Source: Iphione sp. A-MEVVRFRX5
Taxonomy: Eukaryota
NCBI GenBank assembly: GCA_976226885.1
Contig: OZ320321.1
Span: 62,310,001 to 62,374,000 of the forward strand
Direction: 5' to 3'
Length of the DNA: 64,000 nt
Shown here: in pieces, positions 51,201-62,975 of the stretch
How positions within the stretch are numbered: position 1 is the stretch's first letter
How the letters are laid out: each line of letters begins with the position of its first letter
Made by a program: the position numbers and the translations under genes
Notes under the pieces: model-generated
The model's database searches: none
Told to the model about the DNA's origin: nothing
The model's input: the letters and a program-made list of their open reading frames with translations, nothing else

Positions 51201-52052
51201 TGTTTTAATATGAACTCTTTGCTTGATCTTATGTGTTGGCTAGCACGTTTAGCAGCTTCAGATGTTTTTTATGAAAGGAAATGTTTTTGTCCCCACAAGG
51301 TCTTAGGTGGTCAGATATCAAGTTTGTTAGTGAAGGCTTATTAGTGTGTGCCAGTAGGGATAAGACATTCGTGGAGGCTAGTGATAGAGTGCGTATTCCT
51401 TTTGCCTATGTGGATAGTAAAGGTTTTTGTTTAGTCTCGCTTTTAAAAGCATGGAAGATTTCATCGAGGGCATCAGAAGAAGACTGAATTTTTCTAACAG
51501 GAAACGTAGGGTTTTACATGTTTTAACTTACAACATGTTTAGAGACCAACTCAGAGGGGCCTTTGCGTCATGCCATCTCTGGGGTGTAACCTCTCACTCA
51601 TTCAGGAGGGAGGGAGCAAGTTTTTAGCTAGACAAGGTGTTTCCCTCCAAGAAATTAGTTTCAGAGGGACATGGAAATCCAACTGTGTACATGTATATGA
51701 ATAAAATAATTAGGATATTAATGAATTATTTACTTTTGATGCTGTTATATTTACAAGCCTGTGATTTGGGTTCGGAGGCTTCATATTGGAACTCCCACCT
51801 ACTTTCTTGTTAGTCATTCATAATATATATCCCATATAATTAGTATAATTATATTAGTATATATTTGTTGACACTCCTAGTTACCCACTGTGGGAATGCA
51901 CTGTAGCTATGTGATTACTATGACGCATATACATTCCTTTTCAACCGCCACACTCGCTACCAAAAAATCGTTGTTGTTGTTGATTGCTGCATTAAAAAGG
52001 CTTCATATTGGAACTCCCACCCGCTTGTTTGTTAGTCATTCATGATATATAT
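48244..52052 (+). mobile_element. Decayed Ngaro-type (DIRS order) tyrosine-recombinase retrotransposon with split direct repeats A1-ORFs-B1-A2-B2
   Basis: A1 48244-48364 / A2 51838-51959; B1 51776-51830 / B2 51998-52052. Gag relic (MGKYCKKCRKNHPPPVGKNC at 48401; C..YN...C....C..H...C...GH...C knuckle). RT relic (RLITDCSMP, DIKNAYRSV, LCFGLKCA), RNase H relic (NVIADALS), YR relic (HSFRREGASF, RGTWKS). Confidence 0.9.
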
Positions 52053-52126
52053 AAATGTATTGTGGCATTTTAAAGTATACATATGTTATATTTGACTTAT
52101 GATATGTGCCTATATCTTTGGTTACT

Positions 52127-52409
52127 CTGAAGATATTTACCAAACAAGAAATCAAAATTTTCTTGGAAACTTAAAAAAGGGTCGGTGGAGTTCCCTGAAA
52201 CACATATTAACATACTCAGTCTAACACTAATTACTCGCCCGTTACCCACCCTACCACATATCTATATAAGGAGCAGTCTGAAGATATTTGCAAAATAAGA
52301 AAACAAAATAATACTAGGAAACTTAAAAGAGGACTGGTGGAGTTCCCTGAAACACAGATTAGCATACTCGGTCTGACATTAACTACTCCCCTGTCACCCA
52401 CCCTACCAC
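52127..52409. repeat. Two diverged tandem copies of a ~151-bp unit
   Basis: CTGAAGATATTT...GGTGGAGTTCCCTGAAACAC...ACCCACCCTACCAC starts at 52127 and at 52278. Confidence 0.8.
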
Positions 52410-54524
52410 CCTTTCATATGTGGAGGGTAGGACTCTAACCTAAAGAGTGTAAGAATATATAACTACCAGTACAGTCCAAAGTCTGTGATCACACAAATCA
52501 TGACGTTGCTGTTCATTAGGAGACATGATAAGAAAAGTCGTGGGATAGCCATCCCATGTTTACATTCCCCTTAATCAGACGAAAACACCAACAAGTTATG
52601 ATGAATATTAATTTTACAATTATAAACAGTCATTCTTGCGAATGACATATCGAAAGTAACGGCTTTTTTAAGCGTCTGCTGGCATAGGTTGCAGTAAAAA
52701 TACAGCGTCTTGGTTGGTAAACCTACACTGACCTACATTGACCTTTACAAGAGCTACATCTCATGCCGCTGGCTGACATCCTTACAGTCAGCAGAGGCCC
52801 ATAAATCGTGATGTCTATGAAGTAATTATAACATGAGAGAAGTACCTTACACTCGGCCAATCCCCATACATAATGACGTCTATGCAGGAACTGTAGATGT
52901 AAGAAAAATACCGGCATATTATCTACTACCAATTAAAGCCTTTAATGCTTTTGGATACACATGTACATAATTATAATGACGGCAAAAGAGATTAAGTCGA
53001 CGGAAAATTCCCTCTAATTCATGTACATGTATACGTTTTAGCATCTTTATCTAGGAGTGCTCCCAAATTCAGGACTATCACGAACGTAGTACCAGAGGTC
53101 AATGGCAAACAGAAAAAGAGGTATACCTAAGTATTTCCATCATATTCCAACCTACACTGTTGGTTTTTCACTGCAATCAGCCTCTCACTTCAATTGTATT
53201 ATATCAGTGTTACTTATACCATCTGAACAATCCTACAACCCAGAATTGAGCAGCCATATCGGCGAAGCAGTCAACAATACTGCAAACAGAGACTGTAACT
53301 GTACTGTACCTGAACAATTTTTACTTTTGTCTTTCACTTCAAATTTTCCAATCTCGAACTACTGCTACCCTGTATTACTTCTATTTACTAGAAAATATCT
53401 TGTACATTTTTTCTTGAGAAGCAAATAAAACACGTTCAAATTTCAAACTTGAAACTCGTACATTACATGAAAGTATGTCCTATGGCCACTTGTGGGGCAG
53501 GAGTACATGGGTAGATTTCTGTTGCCCCACATCTCATTCTCTGATACTGCTTGTCACACTGGTGACAACAATATGTATTATGGTTGTTTCTATGCACACT
53601 GGCACCACGATAATTATTACACACTTGGCTTAATATTCACAGGTTCAGTGAAAATGATAATATAAATGATAAAACACATTAATCAGATGAACACTTCGGT
53701 GATTACCATACAATCAAAAATTCAATGTCTGTCATTCAGCGGATCACGCAAAGTACATCTACATAGATGTTTGAAGGAGACACCAAAACGATTTAATACA
53801 ATTAAACAGTCGGTGTCTGTCATTCAACAAATAACATCAGGTTCATCTACATAGAAGCCACCTCATGAGTATTGTTCGTCAGAGCTCATATATAAATCAA
53901 GTCACTTACAACTAAACAGTTCAATGCTAAAATGGCATGGTCGATACAAATCCTCCATGCCCAGAGTGTCGGAAGGCTGACACACAAATAACAGTCTTAA
54001 TCCACTTGATCTTTATTGAAGTGTGCCAGACCTCCATGCCTTGAAGGGGCCAGTGCCACGGAGTCTTCTTGAGTCTAACCTTGGGAGCTGTGTAATATTG
54101 AGCATGGATCAAAATATGCTTGGGCCAAAGAGATAATGCGATACACGGATGGTTGGCTGGTAGGACAGCCACATGACAGCCTCATCCTCCAGCCCTCTTG
54201 CCTTTTCTTTCAAATATTGGACCAAACATCTAGTATGAAAATGGCCTTATCTACGAATAAGGTCTCTCTTGGAGTAGATATTCTTTTAGATCTTGATTCC
54301 AGTGCATTGACTAAACGGAAACGGTTACTTTTTTCGACGTTTTAATATCTAAACGCCGAATCTTTTCCCTTACGTTCTGAAAGTGCCATCTCACTTTTCA
54401 GGCATAGTCTTAGACCAGATTCTGTCATAGATTGCCATGTTCTTAAAATTACTTGATTTTTATAGATGTTTATATGATCAGCAAGGCGATCTGCAGTCAG
54501 TTTAAGTTTGCAATCACTCCTGCT

Positions 54525-54853
54525 ATATTCCTTCTTAATCTCAGAACTGCTTATCTATAGTACGACTACTACGCAATCATAAAAACATATATCTCCACTT
54601 TATATAATACTTTAAACTACCCCTACAGCTACTCTCTTTCTATGTTCCTGTCATCCCCCCATGTCTGTTATATGTCATAATCAACTGGTTTTCTTCTTTT
54701 ATCCTGGATAAAGTGTTATTGGAAGTGATGTGTTGTTTTCAAGTCATCTGACAAAATGTGTCAACCACTTCATGAGGTTCCTCAGGGGGTTCAAACCCAT
54801 GTAGGTTAGTTCTGGCTGTGGAGAGTACTCCTATCCACTGGGCCACAAACACC
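54525..54853 (-). mobile_element. tRNA-headed SINE-like repeat, left arm of an inverted pair
   Basis: On the - strand, TGGCCCAGTGG (A-box-like) and GGTTTGAACCCC (B-box-like); inverted homology to 55284-55367 + 56845-57078. Confidence 0.55.
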
Positions 54854-55283
54854 TCGGTCTTTATAAGCAGTAATCATAGTACTCGTACCTTATCTACCAT
54901 ATAGTTAAGTTAGGTTTGAAGAAAACTTTACACAACATTGTATAAATGTTACATCACAATATTCAGGAAACATTAGAATGAAACATGCCTGGAAGAGGGT
55001 AGTTTGGTAAGTTTAGAAGAAAAATTCCTTAATGTATAAATGTTAAATCAAGCAACATCAGGATGAAACATCCTTTAAATGCTGTAGTTTGGTTAAAAAT
55101 ATTCCAAGAATGTAGCTTGGTTACATTGGAAAATGAGCATAAGCAGATTTTAACTGCATAAGCACTCAAAATAGCACAGCTGGTTAAGTGTTGGTTTGTG
55201 AACCAGAAAAAGTGAGATTAAATCCCACAGCAGGTACTGGAAGGTTTTGGAAAGGTTTCAGCAATGTTTTTTCCCTAGCATTT

Positions 55284-57078
55284 CAGTGGATAGGAGTGCT
55301 CACCACAGCCAGAACTAACCTGCATGGGTTTGAACCTCCTGAGGAACCTCACCAAGTGGTTGACATATGTTAGATCAACAACTCCCTTAAAAATCAATTC
55401 CATCATAAGAAGACGAATTCGGTCTCACCTGAGCCTTCCGTTTACCATATACCCGTCCCACCCTTTCTCACTCCAGGGACACCAACGGTCCCTTCAAAAA
55501 GACAGTCAGCAGATTCCCAACATTTTATGACGCAACTCAAAGCAATCTAGGCAGGTGTGACTAATCCCTCTCTTTCACAACCCATCCGAAAGGTAATTAC
55601 CAGACCAAAAGAGATCTCTACCTCGTTATAACTTAACTCGAAAGAGATCCAACAGGTGAAGAATATTTTCTCCTTTTTTATGGTCCAACTTCTGAGTGTC
55701 CAGCATACTCAGCAAATTCCTGTCTTTGTGACTCCAGTCCGAATTCCTCCCTTGAATGAGCTAGACCTGGACTTCAGCCTTTTCAAAGGGCCTGGACTCC
55801 TTTGTCATCACCCATCCAATCATCTTTCCTAGCCACTGATAGGCGTTATGGCCCTGAGTACAAACTTTATGAGAATTCTGGTACACTTTTAGCTTAAACT
55901 GACATTTATGGCCCTCATCAGTCTTCACCGAGAGATTGTGCAATTTCTAGGCCCCCCCATTTGTCTTTACCTGGAATCCCTTTGATCTTTTGGGCCTCAC
56001 CATGGGGTACTTACTTATGTGAGCCAATCAGAGCAGTTCTCTCCGTCAACCGTCCAATCGGATTAGCCCCTTTTCAGCCAATGGGAAGGGAGAACCTGGG
56101 ACCGGGGACATATATAAGGAGGCTGCACACCCTCCCTAGAGAGCCAGAGCAAGAGAAGGAGTTAGAGAGAGGTAGAAAACAATGGAAGACATTCTCAGAG
56201 GGTAAAAGATCCAGTCCCCAGCACTTTTGAGTGGCCGAGACCAGGCCAGAGCCCTGCTGGAGGAATCGCCTACCCTCCAGTCTATTCCTGGCAGCTGCCC
56301 AGTCGGGAGGACCCCCGACTAAGAAGGATTCCAGCTCTCCTGCCTGGGACTTGAATCCATGGGGTCTGGTCTGCCTCATAAGCCCCAAACCCACCACCTA
56401 ATGTAAGTTTATCATGCCACGAGTCTGCCATCTTAGTTCTACTGTCAGAGGGGAAATGAGTATCATCCCATTGATGTACTCAGAATAAAGCCCTCTAAAA
56501 ACTACACTCGGGTTCCTTGTTCTTCAATTTCACCTTCGCATCATTCTGTGGGGGAGACAAGTTTAACCCTCCTCAAAACCGAAATAAGCAACACAGGACA
56601 GGTGTATGAACACAAAGCTTTATTAATCCCTGTCGGAAGGAAGAAACATCAGATTGAAGATCAAAAGACCCAGAACTGGAGCCAGCTCTGGACTACGGAA
56701 GAAGAAGAGAATCCAGGGTTCGAGTAGAAAAACCCGAGGTAGGAGGTGCTTTAATCCACAATACCCACCCAATCGATCCCTGAGGAAAGTGACATCCTCC
56801 GTAAAAAAAAAGAGGCTCCCCCAAAAGGGGAGCGGAATGTCACACATATTTTGTCAGATGACTTGAAAACAACACATCACTTCCAATAACACATTACCCA
56901 GGATAAAAGAAGAAAACCAGGTGATTATGACATAAAATAGACATGGGGGGATGATAGGAACATAGAGAGAGAGTGGTTATAGGTGTGGTTTAAAGTATTA
57001 TATAAAGTGGAGATGTGTTTTTATGATTGCATAGTAGTCATACTATAGATAAGCAGTTCTGAGATTAAGAAGGAATAT
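55284..57078 (+). mobile_element. Right arm of the inverted SINE-like repeat, split by a solo LTR
   Basis: Removing 55368-56848 restores colinearity with the reverse complement of 54525-54840. Confidence 0.7.
55368..56844 (+). mobile_element. Solo LTR (1477 bp), Ty3/Gypsy-like
   Basis: TGT...ACA termini, 4-bp TSD CATA (55364-55367 / 56845-56848), internal TATATAAGG (~56110) and AATAAA (~56485). Confidence 0.8.
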
Positions 57079-59339
57079 CAAAATGTTGACACAACATTGA
57101 GGCACAGAGGGTATAACACAGGAAAGGTAAAAATATGAATATCGGAGCACAGACAATACATTTATAAGAAGTTGGACAACTATTTTTAAAGATTTATTTA
57201 TTACCACCAAGCCCAAGATAAAGAAGAAAATTGGGGAACTCAGTAGTTAATAAGAGCGGAGGTGAGACTATTGTGACACTGTCAGAAACAAGATTCTTAA
57301 TCATACAACTGATATGCATCTGAGAATAATGTCTCAAAATTCTAACTTTAAGTAAAACACTGCTGGTATGAGAAGTGGTGAGGCCAGTGTACATCCAGAA
57401 AGTGTGTAGTGGCACAGCTCTGGAGGGAAGACTGAGGCTCACCACAATTTGGTGACAACGGACATATTAATTTTGTTTGATGTTGGCCAGATTCGGTACT
57501 CTTTGAATTACTACCGAGTTTTTTTAAAGCTGTGAATAACCAGCTACTTATGCCTTCTTATATGTGTCCATGTAGTTGCTATGGTGAGGGCATTGAGGTC
57601 TCGCCATACAAAATACAACTATGTGGCTTTGACGCTTATTTCACAATGATAACACAGTTTCAACTTATGCCTCTTCAGGCCCTTCATTTCTGTTAGTTTG
57701 GGGGGAGAAATTTTGTGGAGGGATCACTTGGAAACAATTTTTGTTCATATATATAGAATAGTTTAAAAAGATTCTTCTCTGGTCCTGCAGATCTGAGAAA
57801 TTGTTTATGAACTGTAGCCTACACTACCGGGTAAAACCAAACAAAGTGTCAGCGATTTCCAGACATTTTGACTTTGTCCTTCTTTGTTTTGATCGAAACA
57901 TAGGGCCAGTGCCTCAGGCCTTTGATCTTGTAGTCCTAGTTTCTGTAGCTGTAGGTTTTTTTTATGGGGTGGGGCACTAACATTAATGCCCGATTTTGCT
58001 GACTATTTGGGGCTCAGCTAAAGTGCTGTGACCTGCAATGAGGCATCGTCCCTCACTGGATTGCAAAGGGATTAACCAACATGGACGAGATAGGTGCTGC
58101 ATCATGGTTCTATCAGGTTAACTTTAATTAAAAAATCAATCACATTTAGGCGCCATTTTAGTTCTCAAACGGTTTTGAAATGGTCTTGCTACAAACGAGT
58201 GAATTACAGATATAGATAAAATGACCGAACAGACTATTTAACATGATAGTGCAGGACAATCTCTGTCCTGGGCTATTTTCTGTTAATGGCAGCAACAGTT
58301 CACATATAACTTGATCTAATTGCTGATATTTAAAAGCATTCGCCTCAGAAACCGTTGCTTTTGAGACAGTCTTGCAAAGAAAGGTCCAAGCATGTATGTT
58401 CTCTAGTGAGAGGCTCAAAACTTGATCTCTGAAAGGGGGTACTCTTTTCTGGTTCATGTCGAACTCTTCAGCAACTAAGTGCATAACCAGTCGGGTCTGT
58501 GGTCGACCTTAAATGTCATCACCAAAGGGAACACACCGAAAAGATTAAATCAAAAGCATATGGATGGACAGTCTTACTTCATTAAACTAACCTCTCCTGC
58601 TAACTCTCGATGTACTTATGTCAACATTATCACGGATGACACAAGTCTCAAGTGTTTCCTCTCCCATCTCCTTCCTCCTCGCCTTAAAATTTCTCTACTA
58701 TCCACCCCAATGTCTATCCCCATTGAATAGAATATGAAGGCTTTGACAGACTGCTCGTTCATTGAAACGATCCAAGCAATGGGTACTTTAACAAGAGAAA
58801 CAATGTAACAGAAATGGCTTCGTGTTTATTATCTTGAATTATCCATACATAATTTACCAGATTGTATGCATATAAATAAAACTCATAGGAACTATCCCAC
58901 CTACGCTTACTCTGGGTTACTAAGAAATGCATATATGGGACAGTTTGGGAAAGAATTAAGGGTGTTCCTAGTGCAAACATCGTACAGTAATTACTGAAGA
59001 GCAGGATCACCGACCTGCCACAAGTGACATGGAAAGGCTCTCATCAGAATCGTATAGATAGCTCACAAGTATGAAATAGACAATAGACAATAAAAGGTTA
59101 AGTAGATCTCATCGTTGCCAACAGCAATGATAATTTAGTGAGGCTTATGGGAATTAATCCGAGATAAACACATATTGCCGCTGTCAGAATGAAATAATGC
59201 TGTAGATGATGATACTTTTCAGCTCGATGTATCCATAAACTGCCCATGTATCAGGTTGTAGTAAGGCACTGGCTCTAGGGTCGAATTGCTCTATTACCTG
59301 AAAAGGAATGAGAGGGGGGGCAGGGAAACATGGTTGCGT

Positions 59340-59720
59340 TGGAGAGGAGGGGAGACAGAGATAGACTTTGCGAGAGCTTGAGAAATGTAGAGGGAAAGTT
59401 TAGATAGAGAGAAAGAGTGCAAGATAGACGGGAAGGTGAATAGAAGGTTGCAAGGAGAGAGCTAGGGTGAGAACAAAAGATAAGAAGACACAGAAAAGAA
59501 AGACGAAGGAAAAGTAGGAGAGGAAGAGAAAGGAACAAGAAAGGGAAGTTTCAAAGGACAGAGAGAAGGAGAGGAACCGGAAGATGCAGAGAAAGGAAAG
59601 ATGAGACAGAAGGATGAGACAAGGACAATGATAGATAAGTGAGAAACAAGGACAATGTTGAGAAGTAGAAAGAGTGACAAAAGATGGGACAAAGTGCGAG
59701 GTAAGGAGACAGAAAGAAGC
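59340..59720. repeat. Purine-rich low-complexity tract
   Basis: G/A-dominated + strand. Confidence 0.85.
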
Positions 59721-60186
59721 TTTTTAAATATCAAAACTTTGACTGAAATAGGAAGGCGTGTCTTACTTTGTCCTAATCTAGGTGGCAGTGGTGTACGAAC
59801 ATGTCCATCTAGCTACTAACTACATGTACATACTTCATGCCTCGTTCCATCATGTACTGCTTCTTATTACCTTGTCCTGCTGTGCTCATTCCATCCTCCC
59901 CTAACCTCGTTCAGTGCCTGCTCCCTATCTCTCCCATGTACACTGCTTTTACTCCGCCAACTAGCCCTGCTCCATTTCACACGTCAGCCATATCCTCGTC
60001 CCATTTTAACCTGTGCCATCGCTGTCTACCCGTCGACCTGACGCCAACCGTATGTAAAGGTCGTAGCAAATTACACGGATCTCTGACGCAACTTCTGAGA
60101 AATCCCTGAATCTAGGTAATCATGCTGATTACATGTATAGCGCAGCAATGAATTTAACCTCAGTTTCTGATGCCCCCTCCCCCCCC

Positions 60187-60445
60187 AAAAAAATAGGTGT
60201 GTTTCTAGTTACCCACCCCTACCTAGTAAAACCTCACCCTACCTATAAAATTTTTGGCCCCAAGAGTTTCCAAGGCTGAATTTCCTTAGATACTTGTTTT
60301 TACAGCAAATGTTTTTTTGGTGAATTCAGTAGAAAAACAACAATATCCATAGAAATTCAGCAAAAACTGTAAAACTCATGTAAATTGGTCAACATTTTTC
60401 ATATTCTCTGTTATTTTTATGGAAAACAGAGGAAAAAAATGGGGA
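60187..60445 (+). mobile_element. MITE family A, copy 3 (3'-truncated)
   Basis: AAAAAAATAGGTGTGTTTCTAGTTACCCACCCCTACCTAGTAAAACCTCACCCTACC aligns with 9304-9650. Confidence 0.8.
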
Positions 60446-62690
60446 TACTTATACTTGATTTGAAACACTGTTTCTAGATAAAGAGTAAGCATGAGAAGAA
60501 AGAAATGCATTAGGACTACATATCATCATATCACATTAAAGATACAAAAAGGAAATAAGCTTCACCTTAAGTGTGATTCTTTATTTTCAATCTTGATACA
60601 TAATATCTATCAATATAAGTATACGATTTAACAACAAATTCCCTGGGCTTCTAAATCTCCTCGTGATCTGTAGGAAAGTCTCTAAAGTTGTCAGACTTTT
60701 TCGGAAGGTACATACTGACCTATTGCCACCCTTTGGTGTGCTCGAATGGTCTGATCGCTAAATTATGTCATTACGATGCAAAATGACGTTGGTTTCATTT
60801 TTCTGTGAATACCGGATGGGTGACCGGTGGGAGATTGGTGAAACTCGGCTATAAAATCATTAATAATGGTCCTAGAGAGTAATGCTATAACTCACCTCCT
60901 ACCATATTTATGTCCTTAGCTTTCTTATAAGTTGCGTTAAACTCTGACCACTAGAAAAGGTTGTTTGGGGTATACCTTGATTCACGAACCTAATGAAGAA
61001 GCGGAGTGTCAACACTGTCATAGATTGACCTATGGCTGTGTATAAGCTCTGTATCCATTACATCAAATGTTGTGGGCTCATTTTGCATCGTAATAACATA
61101 ATAAGGCGATCGATCCATTTCACACTTTGCAGTCAAACGATAGTAGGTGTGTTAGGATACGGTGTCCAGGTCCCAGCCCTTTCATTGAATCTTCTGCAAG
61201 GCTTCGTAGATGAAGAAGGTATTAACAAGACAGACTGATTCAGAAGAAACGGGGGGGGGGGGGTTGGTGGCAGATATCAAGTCCATTGAAGTCTTCTAGA
61301 ATAAAAGATGTCTGATAGATCTCTATGACGGCCATGGGTCTGGCAACCTCGGTGACGCGTAGACCTGCATGTGTATATGGGAAATTTCCAAATGGGTAGA
61401 TATACGTATCCAGTAGCTATATTTCATGATTACTTCTATTGGTTATTTCTATCGGTTATAAGTAGAACACTCACTCTACATTAAACAGCTAGTAAGGGAA
61501 GATAGGATACATGCCATACACAATATATCGACATCATCATATCTGGAGTCATCCCTTAAACTATGATATTATTGTCTCGGTTCAAAGCCTAAATGACGTT
61601 CTGCTAACCGCATTTTAAAATAACATGAAGCCTTCAGGACTAATATAGGAGCAATTACCTATTAAACGTTATTAAAATCAGCAGTCACAATTCATCATAT
61701 AAACACCTGCCTCAAGGAGGGCTCGCAAAAGATTAAAGAAAGCTCCAATGCGTTGACTTTGAAGCCTTGGTAATAAGACCACTTGAGGATGTGGAACACG
61801 AATATCGCGATAGAAAAATGGAACATTCGGAAGAAACCGTTTTTTAAAAAAGTATAAGAAGCAGTTTATAGAGAGAATAAGTCAAGGTTCATGTAAGCAG
61901 TGAAGAAAACTTATAGAAGTATAAGGATTTATGATACAAATTAGTTTCAAGCACCACAAGCGAAAAGGCTTTATAAACTAATCAATTTTTCCAACATTGT
62001 TAATGTTTCCGTACAAGTACAATGCACTGGACCATCACACATCACTTTATTTTTAACGGTATTGTCGCATCCGTGACTGTAGACTGGACAGATAACCTAC
62101 CTACATCCTAAATGCTACGCACACCTTTATCATAAACACTGAGTCCATTTTCCTGTGATGATTGCTTCATTATTATAGAATTTAGTCAAACACTGGCTCT
62201 AGCATAGGTTTTGTTTCCCCATTTAACTGTGGAAGATGTAAATGACATTTTATTGAAAAAATATTAATTTAATATCAAGAACTCTTTGGCCTGCTGGCAG
62301 ATATATACTGACAAGATATCATTCCAAACATACTGGTTATAGTCGCATTACATGTTTGTTACACTGTTAAGAAAGTTCCTAAATAGATATGGCCATAATA
62401 AATACGCCACGCTTTGGGTTTCGGACAGAGTTTGACTGGATATGACTTGAACTTTATAAAGTCGTGGCACACAAGTTACAGTGATGCTTATTGCGGCACA
62501 AGATATGTAATGTCTGTACGTATAGATAGGTCATGCCATTTCCTCGAGGCAAAGTTTTAAACCCTTTCTGCTAATGTCATCGCTCTCTGGAACAAGCCTT
62601 TTACCTGAATTCCTCTCACCTTGACATATTGGTGAGCAAAGGCGGTAGGTTAACAGGTGGACTGATCGTGTTTTGGTGTAAGAGATGACA

Positions 62691-62975
62691 TCAGAGCCCT
62701 GATTCATCCGACAGGCCCGCTGCCCCGGATGAGAGCCCGGATGTCACCAGTGGTTCAGTACTCCTGGAGGAGCTGGCCCCTGAACAGTCGTAATGTAGGT
62801 CAGCGTGCGCATGCGGCGTGAGGTAGTCCATGCTGGTTCCGGCCACAGGTCTCGATGCTGCGTTGAAAGATGTTTCTTCCATGGAGACTGTCATGGCCAT
62901 GTTATCTGAGACCAGGGGGTTCATGTTATCGGTGGGCTCCTTGGTAGTACTCCCGTACAGAGCGTTATCTGCAAC
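62691..62975 (-). CDS. Probable terminal coding exon (phase 0, 94 aa + stop) of an unidentified gene whose upstream exons lie further right
   Basis: Polypyrimidine/AG acceptor CTTTTTCTTCAG immediately before GTTGCAGAT; GC-richer than the flanks; open to TGA; AATAAA candidates at ~62250 and ~62048 on the - strand. Confidence 0.6.
   Translation of the reverse strand, partial: VADNALYGSTTKEPTDNMNPLVSDNMAMTVSMEETSFNAASRPVAGTSMDYLTPHAHADLHYDCSGASSSRSTEPLVTSGLSSGAAGLSDESGL

Noticed and set aside
54740-55380. Functional tRNA genes
   Set aside because: A/B-box-like motifs are present but no complete cloverleaf could be folded; better explained as SINE-like heads
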